Source: an uncultured Candidatus Saccharibacteria bacterium (GTDB lineage Bacteria > Patescibacteriota > Minisyncoccia > Phycocordibacterales > UBA10002). From it: DNA of 43,866 bases. Positions within the stretch are counted from its first letter, which is position 1, and each line of letters starts with the position of its first letter. The DNA lies in contig CAYIUC010000005.1 of NCBI GenBank assembly GCA_964366535.1, forward strand, positions 1 through 43,866. Direction: 5' to 3'. Below, piece after piece: positions 32,172-40,062 of the stretch. A program made the position numbers and the translations under genes. The notes under the pieces were generated by a model, which saw only the letters and a program-made list of their open reading frames with translations, had not been told where the DNA came from and did not search any database.

Positions 32172-33269
32172 ATGAAAGGAGAATGTTTCAAAGATAAACT
32201 AGAACAGGCGATGCGGCACGCAAGCCGTATGACCAGCAAAAACCCATCTCTTCCTGTGCTTGCCTGCGTGCTAGTAGAGGCAAAGAAGGGGTCGCTTCTT
32301 GTGCGCGCCACCAACATAGATGTGTCTTACGAGGCAAGCGTACCTGCACGCGTTGAGAAAGATGGAGTTGTCGCTCTTTCCGGCGCGGCGCTTACTTCGT
32401 TTTTGTCCGGATCTTCGGCGCAGAATATTTCTTTTAGTTCTACAGCTGGAGGTATATCGGTGCGCGTAGGAAACTCAAACGCAACATTCAAAGTGTTTCC
32501 TCACGAGGATTTTCCAAATTTTTCGCACCCGAAAGAGTCCGCAAACCAAATTCCTGTGTCGCAAGTGCTTTCTGGCCTAAAGTCGGTACTCTACAGCGCT
32601 TCCATGTCGTCGGTGCGCCCAGAACTTTCCAGTATTTATATATTTTCAGAGGGGAATGGCGTGGTGTTTGTGGCAACCGACTCTTTCCGCCTTGCGGAAA
32701 AGCACATAACACTTCAGAAAAACATTCAGTTTACACCGACACTTGTGCCCGCCAAAAACGCATCGGAACTTCTGCGTGTGCTTTCTGAAATGGAGCAGGA
32801 ATTATGTTTTGTGTCTAGCGAAAAAGGTCAGTTTGCGGTGCAAGGTGGAGGAATGCTCTTTACCTCGCGGACCATAGACGGCTCATTTCCCGACTACAAG
32901 CAAATTATTCCAAAGGATTTTGTAACGACCATTACCATCTTAAGAGATGATTTTCTAAAGGCGCTTCAACTTATTGCCGGGCTTTCCGAAAAATCAAACC
33001 AGATTGTTCTCAATGTGCCGAAGGAGGAGGGTGAGATTTCTTTGTTTGTGAAAAACGCAGAGGTGGGGGAGGGGACGAGCAAAATAAAAGCGGCTGTTTC
33101 CGGTGAGCCGTTTGAGATGAGCTTCAACGCGAGATATCTCTTGGACTGCCTAAACGCTATTTCCGAGCCGTCCGTATCGCTCTTATTCTCAGGCGCTGCA
33201 AAACCATTGATGCTCACAGGCACAGGCAACGCCTCCTTCCGCTACATCGTAATGCCGATGAATAGGTAG
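32172..33269 (+). CDS. dnaN: DNA polymerase III beta sliding clamp
   Basis: 365 aa with a three-domain layout and a C-terminal ...RYIVMPM motif. It lies immediately downstream of dnaA. Confidence 0.9.
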   Translation: MKGECFKDKLEQAMRHASRMTSKNPSLPVLACVLVEAKKGSLLVRATNIDVSYEASVPARVEKDGVVALSGAALTSFLSGSSAQNISFSSTAGGISVRVGNSNATFKVFPHEDFPNFSHPKESANQIPVSQVLSGLKSVLYSASMSSVRPELSSIYIFSEGNGVVFVATDSFRLAEKHITLQKNIQFTPTLVPAKNASELLRVLSEMEQELCFVSSEKGQFAVQGGGMLFTSRTIDGSFPDYKQIIPKDFVTTITILRDDFLKALQLIAGLSEKSNQIVLNVPKEEGEISLFVKNAEVGEGTSKIKAAVSGEPFEMSFNARYLLDCLNAISEPSVSLLFSGAAKPLMLTGTGNASFRYIVMPMNR

Positions 33270-33275
33270 CGGTTT

Positions 33276-35801
33276 TTACTCAGTAACATAAAAACTCACG
33301 CTTGCCTCGGAGCGGTTCAGGGCGGTGTCGTATACGACTACTTTGAGATCGTTTGCTTCTTGGATTCCGTTCGTATCTTTTGGGATAAAAGAGAATGAGA
33401 ACGGAGTAGAAAACGAGGAATCGGCAAACACTCCGTTTATATAAAGTTCCGCTTTGAGCAAGCCGTACTTTTTCGGCGCGGCGAGTATAGACACCGCAAC
33501 GCGCGCAGTTTTTCCGAACGCCACGCCCGCCGCGGGCGCGGCTATAGAAACAGTCGGTGCAAATTCCGGCTTGTGAATCTGGTCTGTATCGGTAGGTATC
33601 ACTGCATCCGTCTCGTCATTTAATTTCTGTTCTTCCGCCCACTTGCGCACTGGCGTTTCCCAAAGCAAGAATTGCGGGTCCGCTTCAGGATTAAAAGGTT
33701 TTATGCCGTTTCGAGGAGAATCTTTATCTATCCAATACAAGATATCATGCACCTCGCGCACAACGCGCTCCTCGCGCGTTTCCGCGGGCGTGTACTCCGT
33801 CGCGAGCTTTCCAGACATTCGATCTACTGTAAATGCTTTGCCTCCGCGCCATTCGCCCTTAAGTACTGGCGGTAAACCTTCTATGCTTTCTGTGGGCGGC
33901 GGCGGAAATGCTTCGCGCGGCATAAGCGGAAGAGCTTCGCGTATAAATTCGTTCCAGAGCGGCGCGACTATAAACCCCGCCACTTTTTTCTCCATAGGCG
34001 TTGCATCATTGTTGCCCGCCCACGCGCCTACAGCGAGAGTGGGCGAGTACCCCACGATCCACGCGTCTTTGTAGTCGTTGGTGGTACCTGTCTTTGCTGC
34101 GACAGAAAACCCTGGGACATATAGGTATGAGTGGACACCGAAGGCGGGCGCTCGTGCTTTGTCATCGGAAAGCACATCGGAGATTTGCAGTGCTACTGCT
34201 TCGGGTAGAACGCGCTCGGTATTTGGGCGCGGCTCTTTTAGCAGTTCATTTGATGGGTTAAATATTTGCCGTACGCTGTGTGCCTCGTTTTTCTCTCCTT
34301 TGTTTGCAAACACCGCATACGCTCCGGTGAGTTCCAAAAGCTTCACCTCGCCGCCGCCGAGTACCAGAGTCAATCCGTACTGATTCGCGTTTGTGAGGGT
34401 TGATAGCCCCATAAGCGATGCGAGCGCGAAAGTGTCTTGCTGGCCCGCAAGGTAGAGCGTCTTTACCGAAGGTATGTTTACCGATTGAGCGAGCGCTTCG
34501 CGCATAGTAATAGGTCCTCGGTATTTTTCGTCATAATTTCCCGGCGAGTAGCAAACTTCCTCCGGATTGTCAGACTCGTTTAATGGCTTGCCCTCTGCGT
34601 CACAGCGTGCGCTAAATTGCGTTGGAAGATCAAAGAGCGCGGTATCGGGCGTGTAGCCCTTTAAAAACGCCTCCGCGTACGCAAAGGGCTTAAACGCCGA
34701 GCCGGGCTGCCTCCCAGGTCCAGTCGCCACATTGAAGTTACCGTCTATTGCAGTATCAAAGTAGTCGCGGGAGCCGACGAGTGCTAGCACATCGCCTGTT
34801 TTAGGGTCTATGGCTACGAGCGACGCGTTTTCTGCGTTGTATTTTTGTTCGTTTTCCAGTGCGTGCTTTTTCACAATTTTCTCTGCGAGTTCTTGCAAGC
34901 GCCAGTCCAAAGTTGTGATGACGCGAAGCCCCGCTTCGGCGACGCTCTCTCCGTACTCGCGCACCAGTTCATCGCGAACCATAAGCGTGAAGTGCGGCGC
35001 ACGGATGCCGTACGGGTCCATCGGTTGGAACGCCACCTCTTCGTTTTGCGCCACTGCATATTCGGCTTCTGTAATAAAACCAGCTCCGCGCATACGCAGA
35101 AGCGCGAGATTTTTCCTGTCTTCCAATTGTTTTTTATTAACTCCGTAGGGCGAGAAGTACGATGGCGCGTTGGGAAGCGCCGCTAGGTACGCCGATTCTG
35201 CAAGAGTAAGATCTTTTGCCGTTTTATTAAAATATGCCTTGCTCGCTTCCTCAATGCCATAAATATTGCCGCCGTACGGAGCTTCGTTTAGGTAGAGTTC
35301 CAGTATTTCATCTTTCGTAAGCACCTTTTCCAGTTTAAGCGCTAAGACCCACTCTTTGAGTTTGCGCGAGATTTTCTTCTCTCCTGTAAGAAGCGAATTC
35401 TTAACAACTTGCTGTGTGATTGTAGAGCCGCCCTGTCCGTAGCTTCGACTTACTAGGTTTGCTAGTACGGCGCGCAGTATCGCTTTCGGTTCAATGCCGT
35501 TATGTTCGTAAAACCGCGCGTCTTCCAGCGCCACAGCCGCATTGCGTACGAACGGAGAAATGTCGTCAAAGGAAACAACACGCCGCTTGACGCCGCGGTG
35601 TAGGTCGTAGAGTAGCACCGTGCCTGTGCGGTCGTATATTTTGGTGGACTCGCTAATGCGTCTTTCGTGAAGCGATGCAAGGTCTGGAATGCGAAAACTG
35701 GAAATCCAAAGCGCCGCGCCTCCCGCCGCGAGGAGCGCGAGCGAGGCGGAGAAAATGAAGAGTCGTTTGAAAAGCCCGTGTTTTTTGTTCCGCCGTTGCA
35801 T
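33276..35801 (-). CDS. bifunctional class A penicillin-binding protein (PBP1A-type) with a C-terminal extension
   Basis: GT51 motifs are EDARFYEHNGI, GGSTITQQ and RKLKEW. Transpeptidase motifs are SAFKPF, SVN and KTGTT. I prefer the start MQRRNKK at 35801; the track ORF starts at 35819. Confidence 0.9.
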   Translation of the reverse strand: MQRRNKKHGLFKRLFIFSASLALLAAGGAALWISSFRIPDLASLHERRISESTKIYDRTGTVLLYDLHRGVKRRVVSFDDISPFVRNAAVALEDARFYEHNGIEPKAILRAVLANLVSRSYGQGGSTITQQVVKNSLLTGEKKISRKLKEWVLALKLEKVLTKDEILELYLNEAPYGGNIYGIEEASKAYFNKTAKDLTLAESAYLAALPNAPSYFSPYGVNKKQLEDRKNLALLRMRGAGFITEAEYAVAQNEEVAFQPMDPYGIRAPHFTLMVRDELVREYGESVAEAGLRVITTLDWRLQELAEKIVKKHALENEQKYNAENASLVAIDPKTGDVLALVGSRDYFDTAIDGNFNVATGPGRQPGSAFKPFAYAEAFLKGYTPDTALFDLPTQFSARCDAEGKPLNESDNPEEVCYSPGNYDEKYRGPITMREALAQSVNIPSVKTLYLAGQQDTFALASLMGLSTLTNANQYGLTLVLGGGEVKLLELTGAYAVFANKGEKNEAHSVRQIFNPSNELLKEPRPNTERVLPEAVALQISDVLSDDKARAPAFGVHSYLYVPGFSVAAKTGTTNDYKDAWIVGYSPTLAVGAWAGNNDATPMEKKVAGFIVAPLWNEFIREALPLMPREAFPPPPTESIEGLPPVLKGEWRGGKAFTVDRMSGKLATEYTPAETREERVVREVHDILYWIDKDSPRNGIKPFNPEADPQFLLWETPVRKWAEEQKLNDETDAVIPTDTDQIHKPEFAPTVSIAAPAAGVAFGKTARVAVSILAAPKKYGLLKAELYINGVFADSSFSTPFSFSFIPKDTNGIQEANDLKVVVYDTALNRSEASVSFYVTE

Positions 35802-35833
35802 GCAAAGAAATACTAGCACATACTATGATTTGT

Positions 35834-37036
35834 ATGGAGAAAATAAATACTAATAGGATAGCAATAGAACAGGCCACAGAACGAAGCATCGCGACGATCT
35901 TACCTTCGCGTGAGGCGCTCATAAACGAATTGATGAGCGGAAAGAAAATGAAGTTTTACATTGGATGCGACGCAACGGGTCCAGATTTGCACATAGGGCA
36001 TGCAACAAATTTTCTTTTGCTTGAACGTTTGAGGAAACTTGGCCATGAAATCATTGTTCTCTTTGGAGATTTTACTGCGCGCATTGGAGACCCTACAGGG
36101 AGAGATACGGAACGCAAAATGCTTTCTGAAGCAGAGGTGGGGGAGAATATATCGAATTGGACACATCAGGTTGGCCGTGCGCTTAATTTAAATGATGCGC
36201 ATAATCCTGTGCGCATAGAAAAAAATAGTTCGTGGTTGGGGAAACTTGGTTTTGCAGAAGTGCTTGATCTCGCATCTTCGTTCACCGCACAGCAAATGAT
36301 TGAGCGCGACATGTTCGAGAAAAGGTGGAAGAATAAAAAACCGATTTATCTGCACGAGTTTTTGTATCCATTAATGCAGGGCTATGACAGTGTTGCGCTT
36401 GGGGTGGACGGTGAAGTGGGGGGGAACGATCAGACATTCAATATGTTGACCGGCAGAACATTGCTCAAGAAATACAAAAACACAGAAAAGTTTGTGATTG
36501 CAACAACGCTCTTAATCAATCCAAAGACGGGGAAAAAGTTGATGAGTAAAAGCGAAGGCCGATATGTCGCTCTCTCAGCGACGCCGCATGATATGTTTGG
36601 CGGTGTAATGGCTCTCCCAGATGAGGCAATCAGCCAGTTATTTATTGACTGCACCGAAGTTCCAATTACTGAAGTTGGACAATGGGAACAAAAATTAAAA
36701 GACGGCGTCAATCCACGCGATGTCAAAATACACCTTGCTACAGAAATAGTGACTCGTTTCCATAGTCGAACAGACGCCGAGAAAGCGCGCGCAAGCTTCC
36801 GCGCAACATTTGGCGAAGGCAGGCCACAGGAGTTTGTAGATGTGCCGCAAGCAAGCGCAGTGGAAACACTTCTTGAAAATGGGATTATTACTTCAAAGAC
36901 CGACCTACGCCGACTCATTGCAGAGGGTGCGGTAACAGAAGTCGGAAGCGGCAAAAAGCAGGGGGAGGATTTTCTGAAAAATCCTCCCCCTGGGGAATAC
37001 CGGCTCGGCAAGCACCGCTTTGTGCGGATTGTTTAG
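35834..37036 (+). CDS. tyrS: tyrosine--tRNA ligase
   Basis: HIGH motif (LHIGHATN), KMSKS-like motif (KLMSKSEG) and a C-terminal S4-like domain. I prefer the start MEKINTN at 35834, with TACTAT at 35821-35826 lying 7 nt upstream. The track ORF starts at 35825. Confidence 0.85.
   Translation: MEKINTNRIAIEQATERSIATILPSREALINELMSGKKMKFYIGCDATGPDLHIGHATNFLLLERLRKLGHEIIVLFGDFTARIGDPTGRDTERKMLSEAEVGENISNWTHQVGRALNLNDAHNPVRIEKNSSWLGKLGFAEVLDLASSFTAQQMIERDMFEKRWKNKKPIYLHEFLYPLMQGYDSVALGVDGEVGGNDQTFNMLTGRTLLKKYKNTEKFVIATTLLINPKTGKKLMSKSEGRYVALSATPHDMFGGVMALPDEAISQLFIDCTEVPITEVGQWEQKLKDGVNPRDVKIHLATEIVTRFHSRTDAEKARASFRATFGEGRPQEFVDVPQASAVETLLENGIITSKTDLRRLIAEGAVTEVGSGKKQGEDFLKNPPPGEYRLGKHRFVRIV
36961..36990. 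repeat. perfect 13-bp-stem palindrome inside tyrS, related to the AAAATCC-type element arms
   Basis: GGGGGAGGATTTTctgaAAAATCCTCCCCC, which encodes GEDFLKNPPP. Confidence 0.8.
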
Positions 37037-37175
37037 ATTGCCTCGTCTTCGCTCTCGTCTCCAATTTCTGGAGCCGTTTCCTCCTCTTCTTCCACACTTA
37101 AAATCGGATCCAATTGTTCTTCATCCATACCTCTTGTAGGTTATCTTATAAAAGGTACGGGATAGTTGTAACAGA

Positions 37176-37679
37176 TTAGGTTTTCTTTGCAACATGCTCG
37201 CTTGTGGAAAACTTTTCAGTGGCGAGACAAGTTAGGCCTATCGCGAGCGCGTCGTATTCGTCGTCTAGGCGTTTCTTTTTTGAGAGAGGAACAAGTTTCT
37301 GCACCATTTCGGTAACTTGCTTTTTGTCGCTCTTGCCGTAACCCGTCACCGCTATTTTGATTTGGAGCGGCGTGTATTCAAAAATCTTTAGTCCTGCGCG
37401 CGCGGCCTCGTAGAGTACGACGCCGCGCGCTTCCGCTACTTTCATTGCTGTTTTTTGGTTAGAGAATAGAAACAGGGTTTCTATAGCAAGCGCGTTTGGT
37501 TTCCATTTTCGTATCGCATCTTGTACCGCGCCGCCTATTGTCGCGAGCCGCTCGCCGTGCGTTTGTTTTTTGTCGGTAATAGCGCACGCAGAAAAAAGTG
37601 CAATCTCTTGCCCGTTCTGTTTTTCCAGCACTGCAATTCCCAATCTGTCATACCCTGGATCTATAGCGAGCACGCGCAT
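37176..37679 (-). CDS. ruvC: crossover junction endodeoxyribonuclease RuvC
   Basis: MRVLAIDPGYDRLGIAVLE start with catalytic acidic residues in context. TACACT lies 6 nt upstream on the minus strand. Confidence 0.9.
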   Translation of the reverse strand: MRVLAIDPGYDRLGIAVLEKQNGQEIALFSACAITDKKQTHGERLATIGGAVQDAIRKWKPNALAIETLFLFSNQKTAMKVAEARGVVLYEAARAGLKIFEYTPLQIKIAVTGYGKSDKKQVTEMVQKLVPLSKKKRLDDEYDALAIGLTCLATEKFSTSEHVAKKT

Positions 37680-37836
37680 ATTGGTAGTGTAGCAAGTTAT
37701 CGGGCGGTTTTTAAATCCATCCCCCGGCCCCTTCCTTTACAAAGGAAGGGGAAAAATGCAACACACAGGAACATTAATTAAATCTTTACTATAAAACATA
37801 TATTTTATATAATGTAGAAATTAAAAGTTAAAAAAA

Positions 37837-38064
37837 GTGAGTATGAATAATTTTGCAAAAGAGCAAACGAATAAAGAAGTTGTAGGTTTTGGTAGGGTTT
37901 TGAGAGGTTTTCTTATATTTTGTGTTATTTGGTGGGTATTGATGGGCTTTTCTATTATATTTATATCCCCAAATATATGGTTAGCTGGGGTTGTTTTCTT
38001 GGCGGGTGCAGGATATCTTGGATACCGTTTGTGGGGGAAGAAAAAGAATAAAATTGTTAGTTAG
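37837..38064 (+). CDS. small two-TM membrane protein (islet gene)
   Basis: 75 aa with the hydrophobic helices FLIFCVIWWVLMGFSIIFI and LAGVVFLAGAGYLGY. AT-rich codon usage. Confidence 0.45.
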   Translation: MSMNNFAKEQTNKEVVGFGRVLRGFLIFCVIWWVLMGFSIIFISPNIWLAGVVFLAGAGYLGYRLWGKKKNKIVS

Positions 38065-38070
38065 AGTAAT

Positions 38071-38427
38071 ATGGTTCTCATCTACAACCAAAAACTTAAA
38101 CCCAGAGCCCGTGAATTAAGAAAAAATCAGACACCCGCAGAAGCGTTGTTGTGGGAACAAATCAGAGGTAAAAAAATTAAAAATTGCCAATTTGTTAGGC
38201 AAAGAGCGATCGCTAGTTTTATTGTTGATTTTGTGTGCCTACAGTCAAAGTTGGTGATAGAAATTGACGGACCAATTCATCTGCAACATAGAAACACCGA
38301 TACTTTTCGTCAGGAACAACTAGAGTTGCTCGGATTTAGAGTTTTGCGTTTTTCTAATAAAGAAGTTGAGGCAGATATTAACTCAGTGATTGGAGTGATT
38401 GCTTGGAATTTAAATCCAACCTCCTAG
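38071..38427 (+). CDS. DUF559 / Vsr-like endonuclease-domain protein (islet gene)
   Basis: Contains RELRKNQTPAEALLWEQIRGKK...QFVRQ...IVDFVC...LVIEIDGPIH...R...L...GFRVLRFSNKEV. Its last codons run into the flanking repeat. Confidence 0.7.
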   Translation: MVLIYNQKLKPRARELRKNQTPAEALLWEQIRGKKIKNCQFVRQRAIASFIVDFVCLQSKLVIEIDGPIHLQHRNTDTFRQEQLELLGFRVLRFSNKEVEADINSVIGVIAWNLNPTS

Positions 38428-38474
38428 CCCCCCTTCCTTTATAAAGGAAGGGGGGGTGGGGGGATGGATTTTTC

Positions 38475-39008
38475 TCATTCTGCGTTGGTGAAAACCTCTT
38501 GCACATCTTCGTATGCTTCCAGTTTTTCTACTAGTGCAGATAGTTTTGCAAGGTCTTCGTCGGAGAGCGGGGTAGTGGTCGTTGGTTTCCATCCGTCCGC
38601 CGTTTTCTCAAACGCCCACGCCGCGGCGCCTGGCCCAGCCAAGTTGCCGCCATTTTCCGATAGTAGGTGTTTAATTTCTTGCGAGACGCGATTTCGGCTA
38701 TCGGTGAGCACTTCTATAATAAGCGCCACACCGCCCGGCCCGTACGCTTCGTAGCGCACTTGTTCTAACGCCGCGCCGCCGCCCTCCTCCGTCGCTTTCT
38801 TAATTGCGCGCTCAATGTTGTCGCTCGGCATATTTTCCTTACGCGCGCGCTCTATGGCGGCGCGGAGCGCCGGAGCGTTTTTGTCGCCTTTCGCGCGCCG
38901 TGCTTCGTCTCCAATCAGTCGCGCGAACTTGCTAAACACGCGGCTCTTAACCGCATCGGTTTTGCCTTTTTTCTCTTTTATCTGACTCCATTTGTTGTGT
39001 CCGGACAT
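38475..39008 (-). CDS. yebC: YebC/PmpR family protein, shortened form
   Basis: MSGHNKWSQIKEKKGK start, YEAYGPGGVALIIEVLTDSRNR, and C-terminal EDVQEVFTN. At 177 aa it is shorter than the roughly 240 aa typical of the family. TATAAT lies 8 nt upstream on the minus strand. Confidence 0.85.
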   Translation of the reverse strand: MSGHNKWSQIKEKKGKTDAVKSRVFSKFARLIGDEARRAKGDKNAPALRAAIERARKENMPSDNIERAIKKATEEGGGAALEQVRYEAYGPGGVALIIEVLTDSRNRVSQEIKHLLSENGGNLAGPGAAAWAFEKTADGWKPTTTTPLSDEDLAKLSALVEKLEAYEDVQEVFTNAE

Positions 39009-39053
39009 GTTTTGTGATTATATGCCTATAGAATTGAAAAGCAAAGGATCTTT

Positions 39054-39491
39054 ATGAGTGTTGTATATATTGATCGTCGCGCGAGTTATGGTTTCCCTGA
39101 CTGGGTATTACAGTGGGAAATGCACGATTTGCAAAACAATGGCCCGGAATCAATCAATTTGAAAAAATTAGGCGCGTTCACTAACCCACAAGACCAGCAT
39201 AGCCGGTTGGTCACTGGGCGCGTTCTTTTTGCGCATCTTAGACAATCTGGTCTTATAACTAATTGTCTCAACATTCAAGATGCAAAATCTCTCATGGCGG
39301 ACTCAATTTTTCGTAAACCGCCCTTTACGGGTACACGGACGCTCTTGTGGAAATCAACGGTATTGGGTATGTGCAGAAACCTGTATGTTCCATATATACA
39401 GAACATTTTCGGACAAACGCCAATAATTTACTACTACTGGCTTGAGTACCAAGTGAATCTTGATGTTCATTGGGGGTTATTAAACCCGTGA
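39054..39491 (+). CDS. hypothetical protein (orphan, lower GC)
   Basis: 145-aa ORF. Unlike its neighbours it has an AAGGA Shine-Dalgarno-like site about 6 nt upstream of the ATG, and it is followed by a clear terminator. Confidence 0.45.
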   Translation: MSVVYIDRRASYGFPDWVLQWEMHDLQNNGPESINLKKLGAFTNPQDQHSRLVTGRVLFAHLRQSGLITNCLNIQDAKSLMADSIFRKPPFTGTRTLLWKSTVLGMCRNLYVPYIQNIFGQTPIIYYYWLEYQVNLDVHWGLLNP

Positions 39492-39502
39492 ACAAAATCA
39501 AA

Positions 39503-39530
39503 AGCACCCGCAGCAATGCGGGCTTTTTTA
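39503..39530. terminator. bidirectional intrinsic terminator
   Basis: AGCaCCCGCagcaatGCGGGCT hairpin flanked by AAAA on the left and TTTTTT on the right. It lies between convergent genes. Confidence 0.7.
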
Positions 39531-39534
39531 TTTC

Positions 39535-39807
39535 CTACCAATGTAATTTATAAATCCAGTCGTGCGGGCCAACAGTCAGTAGAAGCGCAGTTTTACCATC
39601 AAGAAATCTGAATGCGATGCGGTACCGGCGGTCAATGCGGAATGTCCACCGCGCCTTTTCTTTCGGCTCAAGTTTTTCAGTGTTCAGCGAAGGATGAAAA
39701 GGGTTAATGGAAAACAGCCCTTGTTGTTTGGTCGCTTTCTGTTGGATTTCGTTCGGTAACGAGCGGAAACGGCGTTCAAACTCTTCGGTGGCTAATAATA
39801 TAATCAT
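39535..39807 (-). CDS. RelE/ParE-superfamily toxin
   Basis: 90 aa from MIILLATEEF. The pattern F..RFRSLP...NPFHPSLNTEKLEP...WTFRIDRRYRIAFRF....LLLTVGPHDWIY is typical of the family. The longer track ORF start at 39888 would overlap the antitoxin gene. Confidence 0.65.
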   Translation of the reverse strand: MIILLATEEFERRFRSLPNEIQQKATKQQGLFSINPFHPSLNTEKLEPKEKARWTFRIDRRYRIAFRFLDGKTALLLTVGPHDWIYKLHW

Positions 39808-39814
39808 AATCTGC

Positions 39815-40060
39815 TTAGCGCGCGAGCGTTCGTAGCGAAGAAATTCTGCGCACGCGCCCGGCGCGGTAGTCAGCCTCGGCGCGCTCAACGCTGTTTAGAA
39901 AATCCGGATTAAACATTTCAAAAGCCGCTGCCATTTTTTCCAAACGGTCAGCATCCATTTCCACCACAACCCTCTTCGTGGTCTTCGTTGTTTTTTGTTT
40001 TATATTAAGCGTTAAAGTCATACAGCCATCATAGCATATTTTTTTATTTGTATCTATCAA
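39815..40060 (-). CDS. putative antitoxin
   Basis: Small ORF of 81 aa, or 68 aa from MTLTLNIK at 40021. It ends 7 nt before the toxin start and begins directly after the ruvB stop. Confidence 0.5.
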   Translation of the reverse strand: MIDTNKKICYDGCMTLTLNIKQKTTKTTKRVVVEMDADRLEKMAAAFEMFNPDFLNSVERAEADYRAGRVRRISSLRTLAR

Positions 40061-40062
40061 AA

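Larger units (their letters stand above)
37710..38473. mobile_element. AT-rich two-gene islet bounded by direct copies of an AAATCC-type palindromic element, inserted between yebC and ruvC
   Basis: The left copy at 37710-37751 is TTTAAATCCATCCCCCGGCCCCTTCCTTTACAAAGGAAGGGG. The right, complete nested copy is at 38409-38473. The interior is visibly far more AT-rich than the flanks and is coded on the strand opposite to yebC and ruvC. Confidence 0.45.
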
